From Bacillales bacterium UBA5026 (GTDB lineage: Bacteria; Bacillota_I; Bacilli_A; RF39; UBA660), in assembly GCA_002416285.1 (NCBI GenBank), contig DICM01000020.1, positions 26,597-90,596 on the forward strand: DNA of 64,000 nt. Reading direction: 5' to 3'. A model generated the notes under the pieces. It did not search any database and was not told the origin of the DNA. It saw nothing but the letters and a program-made list of their open reading frames with translations. A program made the position numbers and the translations under genes. Shown here one piece after another: positions 1 through 9,780 of this stretch; position 1 is the stretch's first letter; each line of letters opens with the position of its first letter.

Positions 1-1094
1 TAGTTGCTGAAGATAGAAGAAATAATAAGAATTTAGTATTTTCTGTCATACCAATTTCTCTTATTATGAATCTTGTATTAATGCTTATTTTAATTATCGG
101 AGGAAGGATTATAACAGATGTTTTCTTACATGAGCCGAGAACCTATCTAGGAATTATCTCAATCGGATTTGTTTTACCTTTCATTAGTATTTCTTCTATC
201 TTACGAGGTTATTTTTTTGGGAAAGAAAAGATGTTTCCACATGTGCTTTCCAATGTGTTAGAGGATATTGTAAGACTGATATTGATTTTTCTTTTCTTAC
301 CTTATTTTCTTACAAAAGGTATCGAAATCACAGTCGCATTCTTAATTCTTTCTAATATCTTAAGTGAACTTACTTCGATCTTAGTTTTCTTTTTCTTCTT
401 ACCAAAAGGCTTTAAAATAGAAAAAAAAGACTTTATTGTTCAGAAACAAAATATGAAAGATATTTTAGGAATCAGTATTCCTACAACAGGTAGTAGATTA
501 ATTGGAAATATCGGTTACTTTTTAGAGCCAATTATTTTAACTTCAACTTTGCTCGCAATAGGTTATTCCAATTCTTTTATTGTAAAGGAGTACGGCATCA
601 TAAGTGGTTATGTATTACCATTGCTTCTTTTACCATCTTTTTTTACGATGGCAATTTCACAAGCATTAATTCCTGTCGTCAGTAAATCTTACAGTCGAGG
701 AAATAAAATTCATACCAAGAAAAAAATTAATCAAGCAATCTTTTTTTCCTTATTAATCGGCATTCCAATCACCATTTGTTTTGAATTATTCCCTGAGTTT
801 TTCTTATATTTTTTATATCATTCTATTGATGGAGTCGAGTATCTAAAAATACTTGCACCAATCTGTATTTTTCATTATGTTCAAGCACCACTCACAAGTG
901 CCCTACAAGCAATGGGGGAAGCGAAGGTTGCTATGAATGGAACGATACTTGGGGTTGTTTCTAGAACGGCTCTGCTCTTTATATGCAGTCTTATGAAAAT
1001 TGGTCTATGGGGGCTAGTTATTGCGACAAGTGTAAACATCCTACTAGTAACAGTTCATCAAGGGAAACATGTAAAAAGAATACTAAAAACTTAG
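1..1094 (+). CDS. SpoVB/MurJ-type MOP-superfamily flippase, C-terminal part (5' end outside window)
   Basis: ORF 66..1094. The same frame stays open back to nt 3, so the gene is cut by the window edge. It is a polytopic membrane protein. Segments ILRGYFFGKEKMFPHVLSNVLEDIVRL and HYVQAPLTSALQAMGE resemble SpoVB/polysaccharide flippases. Confidence 0.6.
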   Translation, partial: VAEDRRNNKNLVFSVIPISLIMNLVLMLILIIGGRIITDVFLHEPRTYLGIISIGFVLPFISISSILRGYFFGKEKMFPHVLSNVLEDIVRLILIFLFLPYFLTKGIEITVAFLILSNILSELTSILVFFFFLPKGFKIEKKDFIVQKQNMKDILGISIPTTGSRLIGNIGYFLEPIILTSTLLAIGYSNSFIVKEYGIISGYVLPLLLLPSFFTMAISQALIPVVSKSYSRGNKIHTKKKINQAIFFSLLIGIPITICFELFPEFFLYFLYHSIDGVEYLKILAPICIFHYVQAPLTSALQAMGEAKVAMNGTILGVVSRTALLFICSLMKIGLWGLVIATSVNILLVTVHQGKHVKRILKT

Positions 1095-1100
1095 TATTCT

Positions 1101-2078
1101 CTATTTTGTCGTTGCTAGCTTGACTTCATCAAGATAATTTGTTGAATTACTATAGGCATAGTAATCTTGATTCACAATATTATAAAAATGACGAACTCCC
1201 GTTAACCAATTTTGATTTAAATTATTAGGATCATTCAAAGCTCCAATCGGTGCATAAATTGGTTGCATCTGAGCTAAAAAATTGGAATCTGTTGGATTGA
1301 AATTTTCATCAATTACATAGCGATAGATATGATTCATAACAGCAGTAATCGTTGCCTCCTCACGATTTGAAAAAGTGAGCAAAGAGCCATTCGTTCCTGT
1401 GATACCATAACCATTATTAAAATCCATATATTGAGTACTTGTTTTGATGTGAGATTCATGAAGAAAAATAGAAAGTACAATTTCTTTTGGAATCATATTA
1501 CCAAAAACCTCACAAGTATGAGCAATTAAGTCCTCATCTAATTGATCTGTTGTATATTGATAATCATAAAAAATAGCTTCCTTCGTATAACCATATTTAT
1601 CTGGTCTTTCTTTTAAAGATTTTACAAAAGCAATAATCCCCGCTTCCAGATTAGAAAACACTCTTTCTTGCCCTCGAACTGTAGTTCCTGGAATGTTGAA
1701 ACTATTCTTAAATGAATCAGATTTTATATGTGATTGAGCAATTGAATTGGCAATTTCATAATTGACATTAAAAACCTTACAATAATGATTTATTAATGCT
1801 TCAATAGACTCGTCCACTACAACGATCGTTCCTTGAGTACCATCGCTTCGATTATAAGATAAAATATCTGTAACGACTCCTGTATCCATAGTTTTCTCGT
1901 CCATCTGATAATTGATATTCATCGAATGTTCCAGTTCCTTAGAATTAATATATAAAGTACCCTCTACTACATTTGAATTCTTTTCAAGTTTTACCGTTCC
2001 CAATTCTGTATACAACTGAGATAGACATAAAATGATCCCACCTGCAATTACAATTGGTTTTATTCTAACATAATTCAT
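1101..2078 (-). CDS. hypothetical membrane-anchored protein
   Basis: ORF 1101..2096. The preferred start is the ATG at 2078 (MNYVRIKPIVIAGGIILCL, a single N-terminal TM), preceded by an AGGTGG RBS. No family recognised. Confidence 0.5.
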   Translation of the reverse strand: MNYVRIKPIVIAGGIILCLSQLYTELGTVKLEKNSNVVEGTLYINSKELEHSMNINYQMDEKTMDTGVVTDILSYNRSDGTQGTIVVVDESIEALINHYCKVFNVNYEIANSIAQSHIKSDSFKNSFNIPGTTVRGQERVFSNLEAGIIAFVKSLKERPDKYGYTKEAIFYDYQYTTDQLDEDLIAHTCEVFGNMIPKEIVLSIFLHESHIKTSTQYMDFNNGYGITGTNGSLLTFSNREEATITAVMNHIYRYVIDENFNPTDSNFLAQMQPIYAPIGALNDPNNLNQNWLTGVRHFYNIVNQDYYAYSNSTNYLDEVKLATTK

Positions 2079-2195
2079 ACTACCACCTAATAACATTGTA
2101 CATGAAAAAGAAACAGATTCAAGAAAAAAATCAATTTTTCTTGATTTTTTCCTTTTTACACTGTTTTTATCAATTTTGATTTTTATTTGAAGTTA

Positions 2196-2220
2196 TAAAG
2201 AAAAACTGGTCTGCACCAGT
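2196..2220 (-). terminator. intrinsic terminator after SPFH gene
   Basis: Minus strand reads TAA-ACTGGT-GCAG-ACCAGT-TTTTTCTTT. The 6-bp stem is at 2205-2210/2215-2220 and a T-tract follows. Confidence 0.6.
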
Positions 2221-3108
2221 TTATTTCTTATCATTCAGCATTTCTTTAATTGTTGTTCCAATTGTTGCTATATTTTGTAAATCAGATGGAACAATAATCT
2301 TTGTAGCTTCTCCTTGAGCAATCTCTTTTAATGCCTCAAAGCCTTTTAAAGTTAAAACAGATTCATCAGGTTTTGCTTCCTTAATTAAACGAATCGCATC
2401 AGCTTCAGCTTGTTTCATTGTAATAAGTGCCTCAGCTTCTCCTTCGGCAATACGGATTTGGGCTTCTTTTTTTGCTTCTGCTCTTAAAATAGCACTCTCT
2501 TTTTCTCCTTCGGCAATTAAAATACTAGATTTTTTCTCACCCTCTGCTTGAAGAATTTTTTCACGACGTTCTCTTTCGGCACGCATTTGTTTTTCCATTG
2601 CTTCTTGAATATCGCGTGGTGGTAAAATATTTTTTACTTCAACACGAGTTACTTTAATTCCCCAAGGATCTGTTGCTTCATCCAATATAGCACGCATCTT
2701 AGTATTAATAACATCTCTTGAAGTTAGTGTTTGATCAAGTTCTAATTCACCAATCAAATTACGAAGTGTTGTTGCAGTTAAATTTTCGATTGCATTTAAA
2801 GGATTTTCTACCCCATAAGTATATAATTTCGCATCTGTAATTTGAAAATATACCACAGTATCTATCTGCATTGTTACATTATCCTTTGTAATTACTGGTT
2901 GTGGTGCGAAATCTTTTACAATTTCCTTTAATGTAACACTATTTGAAATACGATCTATAAATGGTATTTTAACATGTAATCCATTCTCCCAAGTTTTAAA
3001 ATAAGAACCTAATCGTTCAATAACATATGATCTCGCTTGTGGTACAATTTTCACATTTGGTACAATTAAAACCACAGCTAAAACCAAAATAATAATAAAA
3101 ATTTCCAT
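2221..3108 (-). CDS. SPFH/band-7 (stomatin-like) membrane protein
   Basis: N-terminal TM followed by VKIVPQARSYVIERLGSYFKTWENGLHVKIPFIDRI. The C-terminus is an Ala/Glu-rich coiled coil (AERERREKILQAEGEKKS...). This is a typical SPFH protein paired with NfeD. Confidence 0.9.
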   Translation of the reverse strand: MEIFIIILVLAVVLIVPNVKIVPQARSYVIERLGSYFKTWENGLHVKIPFIDRISNSVTLKEIVKDFAPQPVITKDNVTMQIDTVVYFQITDAKLYTYGVENPLNAIENLTATTLRNLIGELELDQTLTSRDVINTKMRAILDEATDPWGIKVTRVEVKNILPPRDIQEAMEKQMRAERERREKILQAEGEKKSSILIAEGEKESAILRAEAKKEAQIRIAEGEAEALITMKQAEADAIRLIKEAKPDESVLTLKGFEALKEIAQGEATKIIVPSDLQNIATIGTTIKEMLNDKK

Positions 3109-3111
3109 AAT

Positions 3112-3531
3112 CTATCCCTCCAAAATACTTACCTTTACTTTTACACCTGAAATCTCATCGATTCGTACTAAGGTGCCAGTTTCTATCATTGTTTTTGCAA
3201 TCGCTGTCCAGCGTTTACCATCTACTTTTACTTCTCCTGGTTCAAATGGCTGTATCGTCTCTGTCACAACGCCTTCCATTCCAATAATTCGATCTAAATT
3301 TGTTCGAACTGATTTCACTTTTAATTTCTTTGTTAAAAGAGGTTTTGTTAAAATCATCAAAATAACACCTAAAATGGAAAACAACCCAAATTGTAAAAGA
3401 AATGAATCTGTAAAAATAGAAATAATTAAAGCGATTATTCCGCTAAGTACAAACCAAATTGTTGTTAAATTAATTGTTAAACACTCAATAATTGCCAGTA
3501 TTATCACAATTCCTAACCATATATATGCCAT
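3112..3531 (-). CDS. NfeD-family membrane protein
   Basis: Three N-terminal TM helices plus a C-terminal OB-like tail (GMEGVVTETIQPFEPGEVKVDGKRWTAIAK...LVRIDEISGVKVKV). It lies 3 nt upstream of the SPFH gene, the classic NfeD-SPFH operon. Confidence 0.85.
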   Translation of the reverse strand: MAYIWLGIVIILAIIECLTINLTTIWFVLSGIIALIISIFTDSFLLQFGLFSILGVILMILTKPLLTKKLKVKSVRTNLDRIIGMEGVVTETIQPFEPGEVKVDGKRWTAIAKTMIETGTLVRIDEISGVKVKVSILEG

Positions 3532-3592
3532 ACCTACCTCCTACTTGAAGTATACTATATAGAACGACAAAATACAACAAAAAAGGAAAGGA

Positions 3593-5920
3593 TTATTTTC
3601 CTTTTCCCATTGTTTGTTCCTGTTCCATATTTACCTGAACTATTTCACCAGTTAATTTTTTTTTAGCATCAATATAATAGCTCTCCTTTGTTGGAGGAAT
3701 CACATTAATGTTTTTATAGAATCCAACTACAGTCGTATAAGCAATATCAAATGCAGTATCAGCTACTACTTTGTCGAATTCAGTTGTGCTAACTTTACTT
3801 TCAGTGTCAGATAATTGATTTTTTAATGAACGAATTTCTTTTGCTTGTTCAAATTGTTTTGATTTCTCTACAGTAATTGAACGAGTAGTATCATTAACTT
3901 TTCGTTCCATTTCAGCTATTTTTCTATCTTTTTCAGCTAATTTAGTTTCTGTAGAATATCTTACCTGTCGAACTTCATTTCTTAAACTAGCACTTTCGTC
4001 CTTCAATTTTGCATTTGCTGTTTCTAACAAATTCACTTCTTTTCGTGCTTCTGTTCCATAAAAATATTGCATATCACCAAGAAGAGACGTCATAACTTCT
4101 ACCACTTTTGTAACCTTATTTGTCATATTATTTTTTATGTGGCTAGGTGCATCTTGAGGTATTATAGCAGATAAAAATGATTCTAAATTAAATGTCACAT
4201 TTTGTTGTGTTGGATCATTACCAGTCATATTATCTTTTATTGTATCAATTGGTTGTACCGTTGTTTGTTCCATATTCACATCCTTTATTTCAGAGGACAT
4301 CTTTTGTGGTTGTATATCATTTAAAATATTGTCATCAGCTTGACCTTGCTCTAAAGTATGAGCAACCTCAATGTTTTCAATTGTTTCATTTGCATTTACC
4401 ATAGATTCTTCCTCTTTAGTTTCTGAAGGAACACTACTATCATTCTTATGCTCCTCTTCCTCTTTTAAAATTCTAATAGCATCTGTTAGATCATCAACAA
4501 TAATACTTGTCCCACTATTTTCAGATATCATTTTTTTATTACTGATTACATTTTTATCTAAAATATTACTATCTTCTAGAAATTGGGTATGATTCTCGAC
4601 TAAAAAAGTTAATAAAGCAGAAAATTTTCCTTTACCATTTAATTCCTTATAATGTTCTTCCCACTTATCCACAAAATTATCACAGAATTGTGTTGCCACA
4701 ATAAATCTATTTTGTAGTTCTATATTATTCTCTTTTTCAATTGATTCAGCATCTTTTTTATATTCTTTACTTGCACGCAATTCAGGCAAATTTTCTTCGC
4801 GAAGTTTTAAATGTTGCAAATAAATCTTTGTAGCGATTTGAATATGATCATCTGTATTATGATCTTTACACCACTGCTCTAAGAAATTATCCTCTTTTTC
4901 TAATTCTTTTTTTAAATCAGCAATAAGACTTTTAGCCATATCAGAATCAATTTCAGTAAGGATAGGATGTGTCTGTAAATAAATAGTCATTAAAACCATA
5001 TCAAAATAGGCATTTGCATTTGCTTTTGAAATATTTTCATCCAAAGAGATAGGAAATAAATTTTTCAAACCTCCTTTTTTAGCAAATTGATTATACTTTG
5101 TGATTGCTAATAAAAATCCTGTATTATCCTGCGTTTTATCTTCTGCTTTTTCTTGCCCCAAAAATGTTTCAGTTTCTAAATCTTCCATATATTTTTCTGT
5201 AGCAGTTATAAAAACCTTGGTATTGATAAAATTTTTTACAGCACCAGATAATCTTGTTTTTCCTGTTGTATCATCTTTGATAATTCCCTCATCACCGTCG
5301 GCTTGTAATTTATAAAATTCAGTTATAGCCATTTGGTATGCCATACTTTCTATAGGATAGTCGAAACTGTCCAATTTGTATAATCCTGTTTCAATATCCT
5401 CATATGCCATTTGAACGCCATCATATACAGCTTTTGCGAACTTATGTGACTTTCTTTTTAATGAAATATTGGTAAAAAAATCTAAAGAAACCTTTGAATT
5501 AGATTGCAATTTTTTGTACTCTTCTTTTGCAATCACTTCTGCAAAACTCTTGATAGCATAAGAATCATATTTTGTTTTTAATCGATTAATAGTTGCTTCT
5601 TTAGCTATAAGAGGAATGGAACTAAATCGATCTGTTGGATCATCCACCACATTACTTTCCATATCTTTTTTTTCATCAATTTGTTGCTCTATTTCACTAG
5701 CAAGTTCTTCTCTATCGGCAAAGTCAGCGTTATATTTATCAATTTTTTCTTGACTAGAATCTATCAGTTTTTCCAAACTTAAACTTAAGAGATTATTAAC
5801 TCCCGGTATTTTACTACGAATAGCATCAGAAATATTCTTAAGAGCTTCTCCGTTTACTTTCGTTTTTGTATCACTTACAATTTTCTTTAATTGCTCAACT
5901 ACAATCTCTATTCTATTCAT
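3593..5920 (-). CDS. large soluble hypothetical protein with C-terminal coiled coil
   Basis: 775-aa ORF with no TM or signal peptide. There is an acidic low-complexity centre and a heptad-rich region (LKDESASLRNEVRQVRYSTETKLAEKDRKIAEMERKV...). The start overlaps the upstream DUF1292-like gene by 8 nt. Confidence 0.6.
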   Translation of the reverse strand: MNRIEIVVEQLKKIVSDTKTKVNGEALKNISDAIRSKIPGVNNLLSLSLEKLIDSSQEKIDKYNADFADREELASEIEQQIDEKKDMESNVVDDPTDRFSSIPLIAKEATINRLKTKYDSYAIKSFAEVIAKEEYKKLQSNSKVSLDFFTNISLKRKSHKFAKAVYDGVQMAYEDIETGLYKLDSFDYPIESMAYQMAITEFYKLQADGDEGIIKDDTTGKTRLSGAVKNFINTKVFITATEKYMEDLETETFLGQEKAEDKTQDNTGFLLAITKYNQFAKKGGLKNLFPISLDENISKANANAYFDMVLMTIYLQTHPILTEIDSDMAKSLIADLKKELEKEDNFLEQWCKDHNTDDHIQIATKIYLQHLKLREENLPELRASKEYKKDAESIEKENNIELQNRFIVATQFCDNFVDKWEEHYKELNGKGKFSALLTFLVENHTQFLEDSNILDKNVISNKKMISENSGTSIIVDDLTDAIRILKEEEEHKNDSSVPSETKEEESMVNANETIENIEVAHTLEQGQADDNILNDIQPQKMSSEIKDVNMEQTTVQPIDTIKDNMTGNDPTQQNVTFNLESFLSAIIPQDAPSHIKNNMTNKVTKVVEVMTSLLGDMQYFYGTEARKEVNLLETANAKLKDESASLRNEVRQVRYSTETKLAEKDRKIAEMERKVNDTTRSITVEKSKQFEQAKEIRSLKNQLSDTESKVSTTEFDKVVADTAFDIAYTTVVGFYKNINVIPPTKESYYIDAKKKLTGEIVQVNMEQEQTMGKGK

Positions 5921-6203
5921 CTTCTACCTTTCTCCCCTCACGTACAGCATCTCGCATTGTTTCCTTAACACGATTCCACTCAGTTTGATCTTCAATTTTA
6001 AGAATTTCAACATTCTTATTATCTACTTCATGATAAATACCAGAATGAACTATATACATCCCATTTTTATCTTTTTCATTAAACGTATAAACGATATATT
6101 TACGTTCAGGATTTTCTTCATAACTAAAAAACATTAATACTTCTGCTTCTACTTCATCACCATCATCGGTTACAAAAGTAATCATTGGTTTAAATTCTTT
6201 CAT
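5913..6203 (-). CDS. DUF1292 (UPF0473)-like small acidic protein
   Basis: ITFVTDDGDEVEAEVLMFF...KYIVYTF...ILKIEDQTEWNRVKE fits the DUF1292 pattern as I recall it (short beta N-terminus, acidic tail with a conserved EW). GGGGATGA RBS region upstream. Confidence 0.65.
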   Translation of the reverse strand: MKEFKPMITFVTDDGDEVEAEVLMFFSYEENPERKYIVYTFNEKDKNGMYIVHSGIYHEVDNKNVEILKIEDQTEWNRVKETMRDAVREGRKVEDE

Positions 6204-6235
6204 AATTTCATCCCCTACCTACTGTTTATAGACAA

Positions 6236-6264
6236 ATTATAGCATATTTCCCTATTTGTAGCAA
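6236..6264 (-). promoter_or_regulatory. sigma-A type promoter of DUF1292/775-aa operon
   Basis: Minus strand reads TTGCTA-17 nt-TATAAT, with TGC immediately upstream of the -10 (extended -10). -35 at 6259-6264, -10 at 6236-6241. Confidence 0.65.
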
Positions 6265-6296
6265 TCTTTTTTCTTAACTTTCTTGGAAAATAAAGG

Positions 6297-6324
6297 CAAA
6301 ATAAAAAAGTTACCGAAGTAACTT
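6297..6324 (-). terminator. intrinsic terminator after YfcC-like gene
   Basis: Minus strand reads TAA-AAGTTAC-TTCG-GTAACTT-TTTTTATTTT. Stem at 6307-6313/6318-6324. Confidence 0.7.
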
Positions 6325-7800
6325 TTACACTAATAGCATTGCAAGAATTAAAATAATTAAAATTGCGATAAATGCCATTAATAAATATTTCCAAATATTC
6401 TTTAACCATTCAGTATAAGAAATATTTAAATATTTAAGACCTGCAACTAAGATAACACTTGTTGGTGCAACTAACATAACAAGTCCATGAATACTTTGAT
6501 AAATTAAACCAATTAAAGTAGTGTCTTTGTATAATGATGAAAGTTGTGAAGTTAGTGAATTAATCAAATATGGGAAGTCATTAAAGAATAGACCACCAAT
6601 TAGTGCGATTAATCCATTCATCAAAACATTCACAAAATTTCCTAAATCATAAGTTTTAGTCCATCCTAATATTCCATTTGCAACGGTATTGAAATAAGTA
6701 CTACCACTTGAATCACTATTCATTAATAAGAAAATGATAGAAGCAATCATTACATAGAATGCTACTGGGAGCATCTCTTTCATACCATCGATGAAAGAAC
6801 GAACCATATCTTTGAATTTTACATTGTAAATCCATCCAATTAAGAAACTTGTTACAATTAATAAAACTGCAAATTCATAATTTGTCCAAAATCCAAGTGG
6901 ATCAATACTACCTAGAATATTTTTGAAAATTGCAGTATTACCGATTGTGAAATCAGTAATTGCTTCATGAATGTTATTGAAGAATGTGAATTTAGCATTT
7001 ACATTCGCCCAATTATACATTCCTATTAAAGTAAGAACGAACATTAATCCAAAAATAATTAACATTGGTACGATACTTTTTTTGCTTTTTTCCTTTACTT
7101 CTAAGAATGGAATTTCTTGTTTTTCAGAAACAATAGTTTCCTCTTTTTCTTTTTTACCTTTTTTCTTTGAAATTTCTCCTTTTATCATTTTAGCAGATTT
7201 CAAAGTTACAAAAATAAGAAGTCCTACTACTAAAACAAATAATCCTAGACGATAACCAATCATCTTATTAATATCTGTTCCAAAGAAATAAGAAATGTAA
7301 CCATTGATATTAAACCCATAAGTTGAAGCCATATTACCAACTAAGATAGCACCAATTGTCGATAATAAAGCTGTTATCTTTCCATAACCTAATAGTAAGA
7401 TTACAGCAACAAAGAATGGAACTAATACAAACATTGGTAAAGTCAGAGCTGTTAAACTAGTTAAAATACTAAACACAAGAATAGAAATAACTAGAAAACT
7501 TTTCTCTTTTCCTTTGAACTTTTTCGCAATTCTTGAAACAAAAGCTCCATATGCCTCTGTTTTATTTAATACTCCATAAAGTCCTCCAATAAGAAGAATA
7601 ACAAGAGCATTAAGAACAAATACACTACTTGTAAGTGTTACAATTGGATATCTTAATATATCGAAGATTCCAAGTGGAGATGTAGAACCTTTTGTAAAAC
7701 TACCACTTGAAAAATATCCAGTTGGAACGATCCAGCTTAATACGATATAAACTAAAAAGAAAATACCAATTGCTTTTAGTAAATCATTTTTCTTTTTCAT
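6325..7800 (-). CDS. YfcC/DcuC-family integral membrane transporter
   Basis: About 12 TM segments with a charged central loop (KGEISKKKGKKEKEE). The C-terminal segment IYQSIHGLVMLVAPTSVILVAGLKYLNISYTEWLKNIWKYLL parallels the E. coli YfcC C-terminus (..IIYPTSASLMATLG....NWLK..). Confidence 0.7.
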   Translation of the reverse strand: MKKKNDLLKAIGIFFLVYIVLSWIVPTGYFSSGSFTKGSTSPLGIFDILRYPIVTLTSSVFVLNALVILLIGGLYGVLNKTEAYGAFVSRIAKKFKGKEKSFLVISILVFSILTSLTALTLPMFVLVPFFVAVILLLGYGKITALLSTIGAILVGNMASTYGFNINGYISYFFGTDINKMIGYRLGLFVLVVGLLIFVTLKSAKMIKGEISKKKGKKEKEETIVSEKQEIPFLEVKEKSKKSIVPMLIIFGLMFVLTLIGMYNWANVNAKFTFFNNIHEAITDFTIGNTAIFKNILGSIDPLGFWTNYEFAVLLIVTSFLIGWIYNVKFKDMVRSFIDGMKEMLPVAFYVMIASIIFLLMNSDSSGSTYFNTVANGILGWTKTYDLGNFVNVLMNGLIALIGGLFFNDFPYLINSLTSQLSSLYKDTTLIGLIYQSIHGLVMLVAPTSVILVAGLKYLNISYTEWLKNIWKYLLMAFIAILIILILAMLLV

Positions 7801-7928
7801 TATTTAACCTCCACTATAATTATAGCAAATATTAATGAATATAGAAAGAATTTCGTTCTTTTTTCACTATTTTTTCACAAATTCTGGAAAAAAGGTAAAA
7901 ATAAGGTATAATTGGTGGAGGTGATTAC

Positions 7929-9203
7929 ATGAATCTATTTCAATATAAGAGTGAAAACAAACGCTACTATACCCTAGATAATTTCTATAAACATACCTTT
8001 GGAGAAAAAGTATTTAAAGTCAGTTTAAATGCTGGATTTACTTGCCCAAATATCGATGGTACAGTTGGGAGAGGTGGTTGTATTTACTGTTCACCTTCCG
8101 GTAGTGGTGATTTCGCTGGTAATCTAAAAGATGGTTTAGTAAAACAATTTAACTCTGTTAAAGAAGTTCTTCATAAAAAATGGCCAAACGCAAAATATAT
8201 TGGTTACTTTCAGGCTCATACGAATACCTATGCGCCTCTTGAAATCTTAAAATCATATTATGAAACAATTTTAAATCAACCCAATGTGGTTGGTCTTGCA
8301 ATTGCGACGAGACCCGATGCAATTACGGATGAATGCATGAACTATTTAGAAGCATTAAGTAAGAAAACCTTTTTAACAATTGAATTAGGATTGCAAACAA
8401 TCCATGCCGAAACATCGAATCTTATTAATCGCTGTCACGATTTAGATACTTTTCATAGCTGTGTGATAGAACTTAGAAAAAGAAATATCAATGTTGTTGT
8501 TCATATCATTAATGGTCTTCCTTACGAAACGAAAACCATGATGTATGAAACTGTCAAATATTTAAATAAACTAGACATTCAAGGGATTAAAATTCATATG
8601 CTCCATATTTTAAAACATACTAAATTAGGAATATTATATAAAAAAAATCCTTTTCCTGTACTCTCAAAAGAAGACTATATTCAAATCGTTTGCAATCAAT
8701 TAGAACTTTTAAGACCAGAAATTGTAATTCATAGAATTACGGGAGATCCAGATCCAATCGAACTAATTGAACCATCATGGTTAACCAAAAAGTTTGGTGT
8801 ACTAAATGCGATTGATCAAGAATTAGAAAAAAGAAAAACATATCAAGGATTTCAATTATCGATTGAGCACCCATTAAAACGATTAATTGCAATAATATTA
8901 AGAGAAAGTGATGTTGTATTGAATCAAAATGAGCTTTATGAAGGTTTTATAAAGACGATTACAAAAAAAGAATCATTAACAGCAATAAATAATTCTTATT
9001 TTGGAAAGCTAAGTCTCATTCTCTTAATGAATAAAAATTATAAAGAATATCTTCCCTATTTAAATAAAAAAGGAATGATTCTAATTTTATCAAATGAAAA
9101 ACAAGATTTAACAGAGATAGGATATGATATTACATGTTATCATACAGAAGATATAAACTATCTATATTGCATTCAAAAGAAACAAAAAGCTAGTGTTAAC
9201 TAG
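7929..9203 (+). CDS. radical SAM protein, TIGR01212 (YhcC/YtqA) family, with about 115-aa C-terminal extension
   Basis: GFTCPNIDGTVGRGGCIYCSPSGSGDFAG is the family-specific Cys cluster context. A TIM-barrel-like core follows. Residues from about 310 to 424 lie beyond the usual family length. Confidence 0.85.
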   Translation: MNLFQYKSENKRYYTLDNFYKHTFGEKVFKVSLNAGFTCPNIDGTVGRGGCIYCSPSGSGDFAGNLKDGLVKQFNSVKEVLHKKWPNAKYIGYFQAHTNTYAPLEILKSYYETILNQPNVVGLAIATRPDAITDECMNYLEALSKKTFLTIELGLQTIHAETSNLINRCHDLDTFHSCVIELRKRNINVVVHIINGLPYETKTMMYETVKYLNKLDIQGIKIHMLHILKHTKLGILYKKNPFPVLSKEDYIQIVCNQLELLRPEIVIHRITGDPDPIELIEPSWLTKKFGVLNAIDQELEKRKTYQGFQLSIEHPLKRLIAIILRESDVVLNQNELYEGFIKTITKKESLTAINNSYFGKLSLILLMNKNYKEYLPYLNKKGMILILSNEKQDLTEIGYDITCYHTEDINYLYCIQKKQKASVN

Positions 9204-9774
9204 CTTTTTTAGAACATGTGTAACCATTACTACTTAAATATGATTCTAGATCAGTTCTCGTCTTAGGATAAGATATCTCTGATTCCAAAATAGAATTGTT
9301 CGTAGTAGTTGTAATTACAAAAGTACTATAATCAATATTAATCTGAATAGTATAAGCAAAATTCGGGTCATCAAAAGTCGAAGTTATTTCATACCCAGTT
9401 CCTTTAAGGTCAGTTGCTGTTTCAATATCTTCTTTCGCAAATTGATAATCATCCTCATCCTCATATTTGTAAAGTTTTGTTGTATTAATTGTAGCTAACT
9501 TGTCATTCTTCGTAGTAAACTTTACACTCTTAGTGATTTTTTCAATATCAGTATCCTCTTCTGGTAAAGAACAACTAATCTCCGTAATTACATCTTTTGT
9601 CTGTTCATTTTGCTTGTTTATATCATTATTTTTATTTGTATTTGTGGAAGTTGTAGTTTCACGAAGTTTTCTTCTACCTGACACATAATCATCAATAGTT
9701 GGTAACAATAGAATAAATAAACCAACAATACCTATAAAAGCAATCCATATATACATTTCTTTTTTATTTTCCAT
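9196..9774 (-). CDS. hypothetical membrane-anchored protein
   Basis: One N-terminal TM (MYIWIAFIGIVGLFILLL), a T/N-rich linker and a beta-rich C-terminus. AAAGGTGA RBS. The start is 7 nt after the tex stop. Confidence 0.5.
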   Translation of the reverse strand: MENKKEMYIWIAFIGIVGLFILLLPTIDDYVSGRRKLRETTTSTNTNKNNDINKQNEQTKDVITEISCSLPEEDTDIEKITKSVKFTTKNDKLATINTTKLYKYEDEDDYQFAKEDIETATDLKGTGYEITSTFDDPNFAYTIQINIDYSTFVITTTTNNSILESEISYPKTRTDLESYLSSNGYTCSKKAS

Positions 9775-9780
9775 AATTCA

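Noticed and set aside
3173-3562. Plus-strand ORFs antisense to long minus-strand genes. Examples: 3173-3562, 4192-4404, 4371-4592, 5100-5315, 6971-7255, 9500-9688, 9896-10114, 12258-12587, 19904-20104, 20582-20800, 21401-21736, 24658-24976, 26690-26989, 28210-28401, 33495-33680, 35709-35930, 49089-50660, 52199-53020, 54001-55458, 61072-61341, 62318-62512.
   Set aside because: They lie entirely inside well-supported genes on the opposite strand. They have low-complexity, Ser/Phe/Ile-rich translations typical of antisense frames in AT-rich DNA, and they lack RBSs. I treat them as shadow ORFs.
6215-6409. 64-aa minus-strand ORF overlapping the 3' end of the YfcC-like gene.
   Set aside because: It is out of frame with, and overlapping, a supported gene. 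It also spans that gene's terminator and the next promoter, so it is most likely spurious.
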